The notes under the pieces were generated by a model, which saw only the letters and a program-made list of their open reading frames with translations, was not told the origin of the DNA and ran no database searches. 64,000 nucleotides of DNA, from the NCBI RefSeq assembly GCF_009914755.1, contig NC_060926.1; one strand, written 5' to 3'. Of the stretch, positions 29,201-43,385 are shown one piece after another (the first letter of the stretch is position 1; the number at the start of each line of letters is the position of its first letter). Made by a program: the position numbers and the translations under genes. This DNA comes from the human T2T-CHM13v2.0 reference genome, Homo sapiens.

Positions 29201-29732
29201 TGTTAGATGGCAATAACTTGACATCTACCCAGGAGAAAAGTAACATGAAAACAGAATAAAAAGGGCTGGATTCCTTATCCTATTTTAAACAGTGTTATTC
29301 AAATTATTTATATCTTAAGAATGTGCATGTACAGATACAGTTGGATTAAAAAATACGAGGAGAAAAAGTCAGTTGTCATTCATCTGCATTAGTCACTTGA
29401 AATCTAGGCTTTAAATTTGAGTCATGGAAAAAATGAAGAGTGATATTAGTGATGATTCCCAAAAATGATTCCCAAGTGTCACTTAGAGTAGACAAGAGAT
29501 TCAGTGACATCTCTCAAGCCTGACTTCAGCAGCACTAAGCCAAATTTGATTAGGTCCTGACTGTGTGCAACCAGAGATAGGTATCCTTTTAAACAGTGAC
29601 CTTTTTTCTTCAGAGCATGATGTCAGGTCAACATTACAACAGAACGTATCCATTGAGGAAGAAAAAAACAAAATCAGGACAATTATCTCTCAAAAGCAAA
29701 GTAAAACAGTACGTCAACTAAAATATATTCAC

Positions 29733-30033
29733 AGCCAGATACGGTGGCTCATGCCTGTAATCCCAGCACCTTGGGAGGCTGAGGCAGGTGGATCACCTAA
29801 GTTCAGGAGTTCAAGACCAGCCTGGCAAACACAGTAAAACCCCGTCTCTATTAAAAATACAAAAATTAGCCAGGCGTGGTGGCTCGCGCCTGTAATCCCA
29901 GCTACTCGGGAGGCTGAGGCATGAGAATCTCTCGAACCCGGGAGGCAGAGGCTGCCAGTGAGCCAAGATCACGCCACTGCACTCCAGCCTGGGCAACAGA
30001 GTGAAACTCTGTCTCAATAAAAATAAAATAAAA
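29733..30033 (+). mobile_element. AluS (Sx-like)
   Basis: Both arms, 'ggatcacctaagttcaggagttcaagacc', A-rich tail. Confidence 0.95.
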
Positions 30034-30274
30034 AATATACTTGCAAACTTTCATTAGTAGAGTGACACAACTAATGGGCTTTCTTGCTATCAGCAATACT
30101 AACTAGATGGAATTTTCAAAGTTAAAGGTATAGCGCTTCTCTACCTTAAAGCAACCTTTTAAATCACAATACTCAACTCTATTTTTCAAAAGAAGATACA
30201 AGGTGAGTGGGATGAAGTAATGTGCTTAAGATTACACATGCAGTAAACTGCAGGGAAAAATCTATTTCTAACTT

Positions 30275-30620
30275 CAATTCATTTATGTATTGAATTTATT
30301 CAAGTATTTATTGAATGTCTACTGCATACTGAATCCTGGACTGTACTGTGAAGTGAAGATACAACTGAAAGCAAGGATGTCAGGTCTCTGCCCACACAGA
30401 ATTTTCCTTCTACTAAGATGATACAGAAAGTGACAGAGAAAATAGATAAGATAATTTCAGATATTGACAGAAAGCAAGAACATAATAGAGAACAATGTCA
30501 GGGGACAACCTAAGAAAGTACTAGAAACGCCTCTTTGAGGAAATGGCATTTGAAGTGAACTGTGAATGACAGAAAAGACCGTAGGAAGTAAATACTTATG
30601 GGCAAAGAATTCTAGGAGGG
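30275..30620 (-). mobile_element. L2 3' fragment
   Basis: 'tattcaagtatttattgaatgtctactg', 'ctctttgaggaaatggcatttgaagtga'. Confidence 0.65.
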
Positions 30621-33308
30621 TTCTTCAAAGAAGAAAGATTGTAACCTGTAACTTCTCAAAGCAATATTTAGAAGACTAATTTTCTAATTATCTACTTTAT
30701 TGCCAGGATTTCAGAAGAAAACAAGTCTTTGATTTAAGTGATTCTGATTCAAAATGATACAAAAAGTTTTTTTAAAAAGAGAGAAGAAAGTCAAATGCCA
30801 AAAATTTTAAGCTCACCTGTCTCCTAGTAACCTTTATACCCAAAATAATATTTCTAGATCCTATTTTTAGAAATAGGCATGAAAGAAGTAATATGCCTAT
30901 AATCACTCATCAACATTTCCTAAAAAGGAAACACAAAGAATAGGGGGAAAAAAAATAAAACAAAAAGCTTAGAGGTTAGCAGATCTGGAGTCTTTGGTAT
31001 CCAGACATGATTTATGTCACAAACAAAAGCAGTAAGCTTGGACCACAATACAGAAGTGGAAGCTGGGAGAACTCAGAGCTTTGTAACTTCCCCAATAAAT
31101 CACAATTACCAAAACATCAATGATAAATAGCTAGAATCTCAGCGTATTTAATAGCTTTCGCCATTTGTTGGCTTGTTGATCACTTGGTTCTTTTCTTCAA
31201 AAACTGGTGTTGGGTAGCTCAACCCCAACACATTAATGTTGAATTGTGAACCCTTGGAGACACCAGTTATAAAATTTAAAAGGAATTTACTATTATAAAC
31301 AAGACTGGAGCACTGGGGAAAATTCTCTTGCATGAATCTATCCCACATTTTAGGAGAGGAAAAAGACTCCAAGATAGCTTTAGATTAAAAAAAGAGATGT
31401 TTAAAAACTCAAAAAAGAACTTAAAGAAAGAATGAAAGGAACATTGCTGGTTTTCATTTTTCAATGAGAATGTCTCCAAAAGAGCAATTAAGTAAGTTAT
31501 TGGTGTGTCAATTTAAAAAAAAAAACTCAAAAGAACAGGTAAAACATTAGAGTTATCAATAAATCCAATAGAAAATGTTTTCACATAGACATAAATTTTT
31601 CTAAAATTTTAATATTTTCTTCTTGCGGAATGACTGCAATAACATTTACATGGTTTCTTCTAGTATCATTATGAAGCAGCATTGGTATCCCCATTTCTGA
31701 GATGGTAACAACTGAGACATTAAGGTTATTGAGGACAAACATAAAATGAGAAAATGCCGGAATCAGAATTAAATATAAAAATCTTTGTTTTTAGTAATTT
31801 CTTTATATCTACTTAACCAAAGTTATTTCTTTTACACTGCTAAAATATATTGGTTGACCATAACTTTAGCATTGGCTTGACAAAGTAACACCTGAATATA
31901 AATCTATACACCAATAGGATTTCCAGTTCTTCCTAAAGTTGAACCCAACACTTAGAGTCAATGCTGCTTCCGTAACTCACGCAAAGCAATCCTTCAGTCA
32001 TCATGAATGGGATTCCATTCATAGCAAGAGTCTGCTCACCATCACTCTAAAATCCATTTCCGTTTTTGTCCCCACTGATTTCAATGAGAATTACAGTCAG
32101 GAGAAAGGTTTTTAATGAACCATGAATTGGTATTGTAAGCTGCTGTGTTTTTATGTAAAAAATGTGTCAGACAAAACTCGTCCTAAGGAGAACAGCTAAG
32201 TACATGTAAATGTTTCTCCTTATCACCACCATCTTTGTCTATGCTTTCTAGTTTGTTTTGTTTGGTTTGGTTAAGTTGATAAGTTGATTTGTTGATGGCT
32301 TTAAACTCAAACATTGCAGACAGCAACCATTAAAGAAAACACAAGTAGGAAGAGCCCTATCACAAAGTTATTACCACGTGAAATTTACTTCACGTTTTAC
32401 ATACAAAACGTTTGTTCATCCTGCCAGGTTTTTTCCTAAATTTGAACTACACTGCTAAATGTAGCAAGAAACAGACAGAGTTCCATGCAGCCCCAAAAGT
32501 GGGTGGATTACAGTTTATTTCAATTCTCCAAGAATTCTCTATTCTAAACTCATCTCACACATTTGATTTTATGAGTTGAAGTTTTAACTTAAAAATTAAA
32601 CACAGATTATTGATAATGCGTACTTGAAACTAGTAAAACAAAATGTTTCCTGCTATTATATATAAGATGACTGCTCACCTGATCACCTACCCTTTCCAAA
32701 ACACATAATCTAATTTACTGGCACATAAAATCCCCAATCAAGATATTCTTTTTAAACTATATGTCTTTGATTTTTTTTCCATAGGTATACACCAACTTAC
32801 AGGTGTAAGTGAATGTCTTCCTTCCAACCCTTTTTTCTTTTTGCCTAGTTTTCCATTGCCACCACGATTACCACTAACCAAGCAACCATGAGACGCCATT
32901 ATAGATTTCTATGGATCTTTCTAGAAGTTCTGAGGTATACATATACATACTGCAAACTGTGCCCTTTTAATTTACATAATTGCTAGCATATGACTACAAA
33001 TACCCCAGGGCTCTGTATTTCTTTTGTTCTATTCTGTAGGATCATTCTCTGCACACACATGAAGAGCTTACTCATTTTTTTTTAATAAGGGCTTAAGGCA
33101 ACTCATCCTGAGGGCTGCCTCTTGTTTTAACAAGAACCAAATGAAAACACCTAACTGAGTTATTTCATTTATAAAGTCCTGCTTCCTGCTTCTACACTGG
33201 GTTCTTACAATTTTCCCCAGCCATGTGGTGAAGTCCCAGCCCCACCTTTACCTTCTCCCTCATATTTCAGCTGCCATTTTGGGTCTTGGCTATTGTCTGT
33301 GCATGCTT

Positions 33309-33692
33309 TTTCTTAGTCTGTTCTCACACTGCTCTAAAGAAATACCTGAGACTGGGTAATTTATAAAGAAAAGAGGTTTAATTGGCTCACAGTTCCACAG
33401 GCTGTACAGGAAGCATGGCTGGGGAGGCCTCAGGAAACTTACAATCATGATGGAAGGCAAAGAGAAGGAGGCAGGTCTTCATATGGCCAGAGCAGGAGAA
33501 AGAGAGAGGGAGCGGGGAGGTGCCACACACTTTCAAACAACCAAATCTCATGAGCATTCACTATCACAAGAGCAGCACCAAGGGGGAAATCCAACCTCAT
33601 GATCCAATCACCTCCCACCAGGCCCCACCTCCAATACTGAAGATTACAATTTCACATGAGAGTTGGGCAGAGACAGGACCCCAGCCATATCA
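33309..33692 (-). mobile_element. MSTA-like MaLR solo LTR
   Basis: 'cttagtctgttctcacactgctctaaagaaatacctgagactggg...cacctcccaccaggccccacctccaa...ccatatca'. Confidence 0.92.
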
Positions 33693-33856
33693 CTGCCTAA
33701 GTACCCAGCTCTCAGGCCTTCTGATTTCTGCCTGAATTGACCCCTGTTAACTATGAATGGTTTTTTTTTTTGATTGATTGAATTGTAATAACCAATTTGT
33801 TCCCTATTTAATTTAATCACAGTTCATTAATATGTTATAGTGCTTTTAAGAAGATC

Positions 33857-34109
33857 TTTTTTTTAAGTTATATTTTAAGTTCTGGGGTACACGTGCAGAA
33901 GGTGCAGGTTTGTTGCATAGGTATACACATGCCATGGTGGTTTGCTGCACTCATCAAGCCATCATCTACATTAGGTATTTCTAATGCTATCCCTCCACTA
34001 GTCCCCCACCCCCCAACAGGCCCCGATGTGTGATGTTCCCCTCCCTGTGTCCATGTGTTCTCGTTGTTCAACTCCCACTTATAAGTGAGAACATGTGGTG
34101 TTTGGTTTT
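33857..34109 (-). mobile_element. L1PA (about PA7/8) 3' end, 5'-truncated
   Basis: 'ttttaagttctggggtacacgtgcagaa...caactcccacttataagtgagaacatgtggtgtttggtttt'. Confidence 0.92.
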
Positions 34110-34440
34110 GAATTACATGACCCATTAGTAATCACTGGTCCAGACTTTTTCCTGTCTTTCTAAACTATTCATTTGGAATACCAACTACCTTTCAGCACTT
34201 CTTATCTCAGTTGTTGATTCCAAGTAAAATGCCAGGGTACACATACATATCTTTTTTCCCATGGGCCCAGATTATCAGATTATCATGTTACTTCTTTCCG
34301 GTTTTTTTTCTTTTTTTTTTTTTTTGAGTACTATTGTTGACTTTAAGTGGTGTCTTTTCTCTCACATACTTATGTTTGGCTTTAAATAATTCCCAGAGCC
34401 AAGTCCCTCCGCTAAACTATGAAAATACTGCTAGGAGGGT

Positions 34441-35021
34441 TTATTAGTTAAAGTTCTCCAAAGAAATGGAACCAATATGTTATTTTATATATACTTCCCA
34501 CATTGGTTCTGTTTCTCTGGTGTGTGTGCATGTGTGTGTGTGTGTGTGTGTGTGTATACACACACACACACACACACACGCACATACATATGGAGAGAGA
34601 GAGAGATTGTAAGGATTTGGCTCACACGACCATAGAGACTGAGAAGTCCCCGAATTTGCTGTGTGCAAGCAAAAGGCCCAGAAAAGCCAGTGGCGTAACT
34701 CCAGTTTGAGTGCAAAAGCTTGAGAGCCAGGGCACCAAAGGTGAAGATCCAAGTTCAAGGGTAGGACACCCATACCTGCACTCACAGACAGCCAGGAAGG
34801 GGGTGCGTCTTCCCTTCCTCCTCTTTTTGTTCTATTTAGGCCCTTAATGAATTGGATACTATCCTCTCACCCTAAGGAGTGCGATCTACCTTACTAAATT
34901 TACCAATTCAACTTGTCAAGGCTAATCTCATCTGGAACACCCCACAGACACACCCAGAAATAACACTTAACCTGGGTACCCTGTGGCCTAGTCAGGTTGA
35001 CACACAAAATTAACCATCACA
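34441..35021 (-). mobile_element. MLT2 solo LTR containing a (TG)n-TATA-(CA)n tract
   Basis: 'gttctccaaagaaatggaaccaata' ... 'gtcaggttgacacacaaaattaaccatcaca'. Confidence 0.9.
34520..34590. repeat. Palindromic (TG)n/(CA)n compound microsatellite
   Basis: Perfect 46-bp palindrome at 34534-34579 centred on GTA|TAC. Confidence 0.95.
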
Positions 35022-36580
35022 GGAATCAATTTCTGTGACTAGCCCCTTTCAAAACTTTTGTTACATACTTCCTGAAAAAGCTTTCAGCATCTCTTAGACA
35101 GTTTACGACATCATCTGAAACACAGAAATGACGCTTAAAAAGCAGCCATTTACTACAGGACCCTAGGTTCACCTGCCTCATGAATAATTCTACACTCCTG
35201 TTACTTATTTTCTAGGAAAAGATAAAAGGTGGTATTCATCCTTCCCTTTTTCCTCACACTGTAATATTACTTGTCAATTAACTTAATGCTCTGCTTACCC
35301 TTGAGGTAGCCTCAGGGTACTAGCAGATGTGTTTTGTTTAAAGGGTACGCTAAAACTACAAAAAAAAAAACAGAAGTCATCTTAGCCTCTTCATTGCTTC
35401 TCTTAGTTAATGGCAGCACCATGCTCCCAGACACAGAAGACTAGAAACTGATAAACATCTTCAGTGTCTCCACATCTTTCACTTCAACATTAAATCAGAA
35501 TTCTCAATGCCTTTGAAATCAAAGACACTGTTCAGTCCCACAGACACTGACCTCGCTCAAATTCCTTCTACCTCTAATGTTTAACTTCCTTAACCCAACT
35601 TCCAGGTAGGCCTCTGGAAAGACAAACAGCTACTTTCCCCATGTCTTCTTCCTCTTCTAAGAGGAGGGACACACATTTAATGAGTCAGACTCCAAGCATG
35701 TGCCTGGCCTACACATGCAGGGTTATTGTGGATTAATCATCACATCCACAGGTGTGGCTCTTTTCTTCTTTCTTTCTTTCTCCTTTTATGGCCAAGGAAT
35801 AGCGAAGTGGCCCAAGCCTTTCTGCACAAGGAAGAGATCGAGTCATCTAGTTGTCTTGCTCTTTCATGTATATTTAAGCCATTAGACTCAAAAGTTATTG
35901 TCGTTGAGGCAAGTTGGATCACAGCATCCAAGTTACAGTCTAGGCTTAGGAACAGCAAGAAGGTTTCTTGGGCTTCTTGTCTACATGCCATGTTGCAAGC
36001 CCATCTTAACAGAGTTATTGGCATTGTGGAGTTGTTGACAGAAAGTCCAACCAAAAAAAAATATTATTTTGCTTTTCTTTGCATTTGACCCCAAGCATGA
36101 ACATTTCCCTCAGCAACCTTACGAGATGAGTGGTTTTGATCTTGTGAAGATTAGTATACCAGACTACCAGTCCTAATGGTCCTCAAAATCATAAAAGACA
36201 TGATCCTATTGTTCATATCCAATCACGCCAGATTCTTTTGTGAACCATCTGATGTCCTGCTTGCCTCCATTGGGTACTGCATGGCACTTAAGCCTATAGG
36301 ATGTCATTTAAGACCATCCAATATCCAGGTTGAAATCTATCTTTACAATTTTTTTATACACTGACCCTGAACCCATGAATCCACCACCATGAACTTCTTA
36401 AACGGATCCTTCTTAGGCCTCCATGCGTATCTTATGTTGTTTCTCCTTCCAGGAAGCTTTCCCTAAATCTTGATTTTTCACTCACCATATTCAATTCTTC
36501 CATATTTATTCACTGAGTATCTTGTGTGTAGCAGCCACTGAGCCAGGTTTCATGGAGGTTTAAGGCATATAAGATATTCA

Positions 36581-36911
<331 letters not shown>

Positions 36912-37139
36912 TTATTACTGAATGATAGGCCTCTTGGGGAAAGATACTAGTTTTATTCATTCCTGTATTCTTCCATTACCTTGAAAAGAGGCATATATAC
37001 AGATGATTTTTATATAATTAGTTAAATACCATATTGTCACATGGGAAAGTCAGGCTTGGAGTCTAGAGTTGATAGCAAATTTGTAATATTAAGTAACATT
37101 TTTACTCTACTTATTTTGTCCCAAACACAGTCTGTTCCA

Positions 37140-37300
37140 AACAAATTGCATGCATTTCCCTCTCAACATCCCTATATGGCAGGTAATATTATTATTTCCA
37201 TCTATACAGATGAGGAAACTGAAACAGATAGAGGTTAAACAACTTGCCCAAGGTGACACAATGGGCACGTGGAAAGCCAGACCATCCATGTTTATAGTGG
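37140..37300 (-). mobile_element. MIR SINE
   Basis: 'tacagatgaggaaactgaaacagatagaggttaaacaacttgcccaaggtgacaca'. Confidence 0.8.
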
Positions 37301-37479
37301 AGGGATGGACAGTAGCTTTCTGTTTCACAGGATGGTTTCTGGAAGGCTCTAGTCTGACTATTTCTCTTGCCATTTCTTAGAAGAGTAGAGATCCAGGGAC
37401 ATACCAGACCAACCAGTCACAATGTTAGAAAGAAAAGTACCCCTGAAAAAGATGATGAGAGAATCAAAATTGCTGACTA

Positions 37480-37690
37480 CAGTACAAAAAGCCCTTAAAT
37501 TGAGATTCCAAAGACTTCAGGTTTTGTCCTGGCTTTGCCACTTATGAAGTGGGTAATTTTGGATAAGTCACCCCATGATCCTCATTTTTCTCATCTGGAA
37601 ATGGGATAATAATGATGGCTTTGTATGATCATGGAGAAGATCAAATAAGAAGCTAAACAGGAAAACATTTGACATTAACAGATCATTGCA
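37480..37690 (+). mobile_element. MIR SINE
   Basis: 'gtcctggctttgccactta...ggataagtca...cctcatttttctcatctggaaatgggataataat'. Confidence 0.7.
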
Positions 37691-38801
37691 GGAATTAAAG
37701 AAACCACTGTTGCTTCACAGTCTTATGGCAGGACTCACTCTGGCTGGTAGGGTTAATAGACAGGGATTTTGTTGAGAGGTCCTAGTGAGGAAGCTATAAA
37801 TGACAGAAGTTTAGTGCAAGGAGGCCTCGAGTTGCTTCTGTAGTCTGTGGGGATTCAGCTTTTGCTACATTGAGATAGTGAAGGAGAGGGTGAACACAGT
37901 CTATTTAACTTCCGAAGTTTTGAGTCAAAAGTCTTTTTCTCTTCATTTTAAGTACCGATCGAGAACTTCTTCTGGTAAATAAAGTGATTTTCACCTAAGT
38001 TTAAAATCCAAGTTGATATTTTGTTCTTTTTTTAACTTGAAAGACTTGGGAATCACAGGCCAGAACTGACAACATTCAATGTTCTAAGTAAGAATCTTCA
38101 TAAGGGATGCAGAAGTCTCCCTAGCAACTTCTTCCAGTTCTTTATATTGAAGCTGAATCTCTCTAGCTGCAGCCCTTGTTCCTGTGGCTTGTTTTAGGAG
38201 GGAACAGCTGGTCTGCAATCTCCATATAATATCCATTCATAGATGTATTAAATCGTCATGCATATTATCTGTGTTACGTATTCTGAAAGTAGCAGGCTCT
38301 TAGCATTACCAGCAGTCATTTTTCAGTCCTGTGCAAAATATACCCCTGGGAGCTCTTAGCAGATGTTTGGTAAAAATTATTGAAAGAAACATGAAAAAAG
38401 GCTTTCCCCTGTTTTGAATCCACACTGAGTCTATCATTCAAAAACAGCCATAAGGCATCTCAAAGTCTCTAAAAATTAGAAAAAAAACACTCTTTTGTGA
38501 GTATCCTTGTCCAGGAAAATGACACGCCATAATTAAATTCCAAACAAATATGCCATTTTCTTTACACAGGAGAGCATATTCATATTGCAGCAGTTATGTC
38601 TTATGCATGTTAAAATATTATTTATAAAAACTAAAGATTTTGTATATTTTTGCCTCTAAAGTAACAAGCATGATCAGATTTTATGTAACAACCCAAATCA
38701 GGAAGCAAAGAAAGAAAAAAACAGAAAGAAAAGAAAGGACAAAAGGAAGAAGGGAGAGGTAAAGAGAGAGAGAGGAAGGAAAGGAAAAACTATTTTTCTT
38801 A

Positions 38802-39686
<885 letters not shown>

Positions 39687-40449
39687 TTATTCATAGAAAA
39701 CATATGGCAACTTTTCAGTATTTTATTTGTTTTCTTCATTTCCTGAATCATATTCGGTAATACTTATGCTAGGAGAAAACTTAGGAATAATGAGTCAAAA
39801 TGAAAGGGATATATTGAACCAGATGAAGAAAAACATTTCCTTAAAGAAATATTATCCCTGCATCCTTGCACTGCATTCATCATTGCATGGATTCTGTTCC
39901 TAATAACGAATAATTTCTTTTCTAATTTGGTTGACACAGACACCATGAGCTTACTATTGATTTTCCGGAAGTGGATGTTTTCTCCTTCCACCCAGTGCTG
40001 TTCAAATTCCTTATTCATAAACATCCCCCTGGGTGTAAGTCAAAAATTCATGTCACAGCAGTTAAGAAAGACTATGGGCCCTATAATTCTGTATTTTGAA
40101 TTCTGTGCTCTAAGCCCTCTCCTTGGGCTTAGAGTTTAACACGTTTACTGTTTCTGAGAAGAGAAGTAAGTTTCTAAATTATGCATTGTCGTAACCATTT
40201 TAGTAAATAATCAACAAGAAATAAGAAAAGAGATCAATTTCCATTTGTAACCGACAAGAGAAGAGATTGTACTTTAATAATATACTCACAATACATACAT
40301 GCCAAAAAAAAAAAAAAAAAAACCCAGGACTGAAACTTTGCATGTAGGACAAAAATGGTGGGTATCTAATGGAAATGAACCTCCCATATGTTCCTCATTG
40401 CATGGTACCATGTGTATAGAGAGTGTTTTCCTCCTCACCACAGAGTTAC

Positions 40450-41290
40450 AAATTCTATCACCAAAGACAATTCTCCTTTATATAAGAGTACTTCTATTGT
40501 TATTTAATAATTTTAAGTAAGACATAGCCACTGTGAACAATTTTAGAAGTGCAGAAATTATAAAGAAAAAATTAAAACTCTCAACTCTGCTACACATTGA
40601 TCACACATTAGCGCATTGTGCTCCTGGATTTTATTTCATTTAATTTTATTTTTTTGCCTTTAACAACAGGAATTTACTGTCTCACAGTTCAGGAAGTTAG
40701 AAGTCTGAAATCAAGGTATTGTCAGGGTTGGTTCCTCCTAGACACTTACAAAGATTATTCCTTTCTTACAAAATTTGGATGATTCTGTAAGTAGTATTTT
40801 TCATTTAATATAGTAAGCACCTTCCATGTCATGTAATGTATTTCAAAAATTTGAATTGATGCATATTATTCCATAGTAGAGTCATGAATCATTTGTTCAA
40901 CCCTCTCTCTATTGCTACACATTTGGGTTATTTCTAATTTTCCAGTATAATACATAAATATTCTATGGGCATCCTAGTACATAAATCTTTGCCTCATCTC
41001 TGATGTTGTCCTTAGTAATTTCATATTCAGAGATTTATCCTAAGTCAAGAGGAAAACACATATTTTAAGGCTCTTGTCTCAAATTATCAGTTAACCTTTT
41101 GAAAGACTGGGTCAATTTAGTCCCATCAGCTGAGAGAAGAACAAGCATTTTCTGTGCCCATGGAAACCACTGTTATAGTTATCCTTGGCAATTTAGGAGA
41201 CATAACATGGTACATCATTGTGAGTCCTACATTCATTTCCTTCACATTTCCATGATTGAACACTATGATTTCTATTGGTCAAATATTTGC
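40450..41290 (-). mobile_element. Old L1ME-type 3' fragment, with a small MLT1 piece at about 40660-40740
   Basis: 'ctattgctacacatttgggttatttctaattttc', 'catcctagtacataaatctttg'. Confidence 0.6.
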
Positions 41291-41974
41291 TTCTAGTGAT
41301 AAAATCAAACTGTTGTCACCTCAAATCTACTTGGCACCTTCCTTACTCATCTCAGGGGCAGATGGAAAAAGAAAAGGTTGGCATTCGTGAATCCTGGATT
41401 TGGTTTGCCTTTTTTTTTTTTTTTTTTGGTAATCCTTTCATTCATAATACCATGTTCATTCATGAAATCTTATTAACCAGGAATTAAGATATTTACTTAC
41501 AGGTGTTGACTACAGTGAATCATTGAAGCATGTGAGCATTATAAATAGATTCTTGTGGATACTAAGGAAGACATTTATAAATTTCATAATATAAAAGGAA
41601 ACGTAAGTACATAAGTCAGTAAGCCATGAGGAGAATACTATAAATTCCCCTCACTATGGCCCGTGTGGTCAATGTTGACTTTCAAAATTCTAATGTCAAT
41701 GTTTACGTTGTAAATTATCCATTTATTATTTTGTGTGTCAGTTATAGTGAATAATTTCATTAATAAGAACAACAATAAAAACAATTTGAATATTCCACAC
41801 ACAGAATAGTGCATTAGATTCTAGAGTCAAAAAAAAAAAAGACATTGATGTTGCTTTAATAGAATTTTGAAGGGCAAGGACATATTCACTACAACAGAGT
41901 GCTAAATGGAAGAACACTGTATTTTTGAAATATTATACTAACTGATATTTTGCGGGTATTTCTGAGTATGGAAC

Positions 41975-42435
41975 CTCCCACCCTTATCCACACAGATATG
42001 TTCTAAAACTCCCAGAGGATGCCTGATACCACGTATAGCACCAAACTGTAAATATCCTTTTTTTTCCTATACATCCACACCCATAATAAAGTTTAATTTA
42101 TAAACCAGGCATAGTACTCCTGCACTATGGGGCCATTACTATGTAAAATAGGGGTTCACTGAACACAAGCACTGTGGATGCCTGGACAGTCGATCCAATA
42201 ACCCAGCTGGCTACTAACTCACTCGCAGGCTTGGAGCATCTATGGCATGGAGGTTCCAGACAAAGGCAGGAGTCCTGCCCTGGGCAGGACACAGGGGGAT
42301 GACACCAGATCAGAACAGTGGGCAATTTGAAAATTATCAATTTTTTTTTTTTTTTTGGAATTTTTCATTTAATATTTTCAGGCCACGTTTGACCATGAGT
42401 AACTAAAACCATGGAAAGCCAAACCGCGGATACCG
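41975..42435 (+). mobile_element. MER44 (Tigger7-derived) DNA transposon
   Basis: 'ccttatccacacagatatgttctaaaactcccagaggatgcctga' ... 'gtaactaaaaccatggaaagccaaaccgcggata'. Confidence 0.8.
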
Positions 42436-43074
42436 GGTTTTTCCTCCACTTTTCACCCTTTGCCCAATCCCACCAGCCTGAGTCATTGCCTCAGGGCAGG
42501 GCTGCAGCCAGACCTCAAGCACAAAGACTGAAGGCCACCAGCCTCTTTTCTATTTTAAAAGCCTATACTCTGAAGGGAATAGAGAGGTTTCTGATTTTAT
42601 TGAATCTGAGGGTTTGAGAAGTGAATTCTTCTACCAAAACCTCACTCTGGACAGGGGGAGAGACCAAAAAAGAAATGATCAGAAGAAAGAAGTAGGTGAT
42701 GCTCATCACAGGGGCCCATCGGTCTCCCAAGAAGAGCATAAGACAGTGGAAAAACAAGAGCTGAAGCAGGCAGCAAAATCAGAGACAGAGAGAGAGAATA
42801 GGGATGGCCACATGGTAAACCCAGGCATCCCAGGTGAGAGATTGTTGTATACGTTCTGGTGCTCTGGCACTGCACAGAAGTAACAGAATAATTCTCATGT
42901 GCCCAAGAGGGACCTCCTCAAAACCTAGGAGGCCATGCAGATGGGAACAAGGGCATTTTCACGGTTTCACAGGGGCAATAATTACTAAGAACCAGAGAGT
43001 AGGATGGACATCTGTTTGTAGGTGACATTGTGGACTTGAAGGCTTTATGCGTTCTTTGCTGAAAGCACTTTGGC

Positions 43075-43385
43075 ATATCTTAGGTCAGATTCCACAGCAA
43101 ACAGACTCTGGGATGGAGACTGGGACAGGGGCCCTGTTGGAAAGAACATTCACCCAATAGAGAAGTGAGGGAAGCTGAACTGGACAGAGAGAGAAGCTGA
43201 ATTGAACTGTGATACAATTACAATCGAGGCCTCAGCCAATTGAGGCAAGGAGGCCAGGCCTAGGAAAACTTCCATCATTCATTCTTTGGGTCTGAGCTGC
43301 CTCTGGGGAGAAGAAGGGGCATAACCTTGGGCAAGGTGGTAGCCAGTAGCCAATACCCCCAGTAGCTTGGAGAATGAGTGAATCT
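43075..43385 (-). mobile_element. ERV-L 3' LTR (LTR16-like)
   Basis: 'tcttaggtcagattccacagcaaacagactctgggatggaga', 'gaactgtgatacaattacaatcgaggcctcagcc'; directly adjoins the ERV-L internal region. Confidence 0.7.

Noticed and set aside
41503-41602. Plus-strand AG...GTAAGT pseudo-exon
   Set aside because: Weak polypyrimidine tract, very AT-rich, no recognisable product; indistinguishable from chance.
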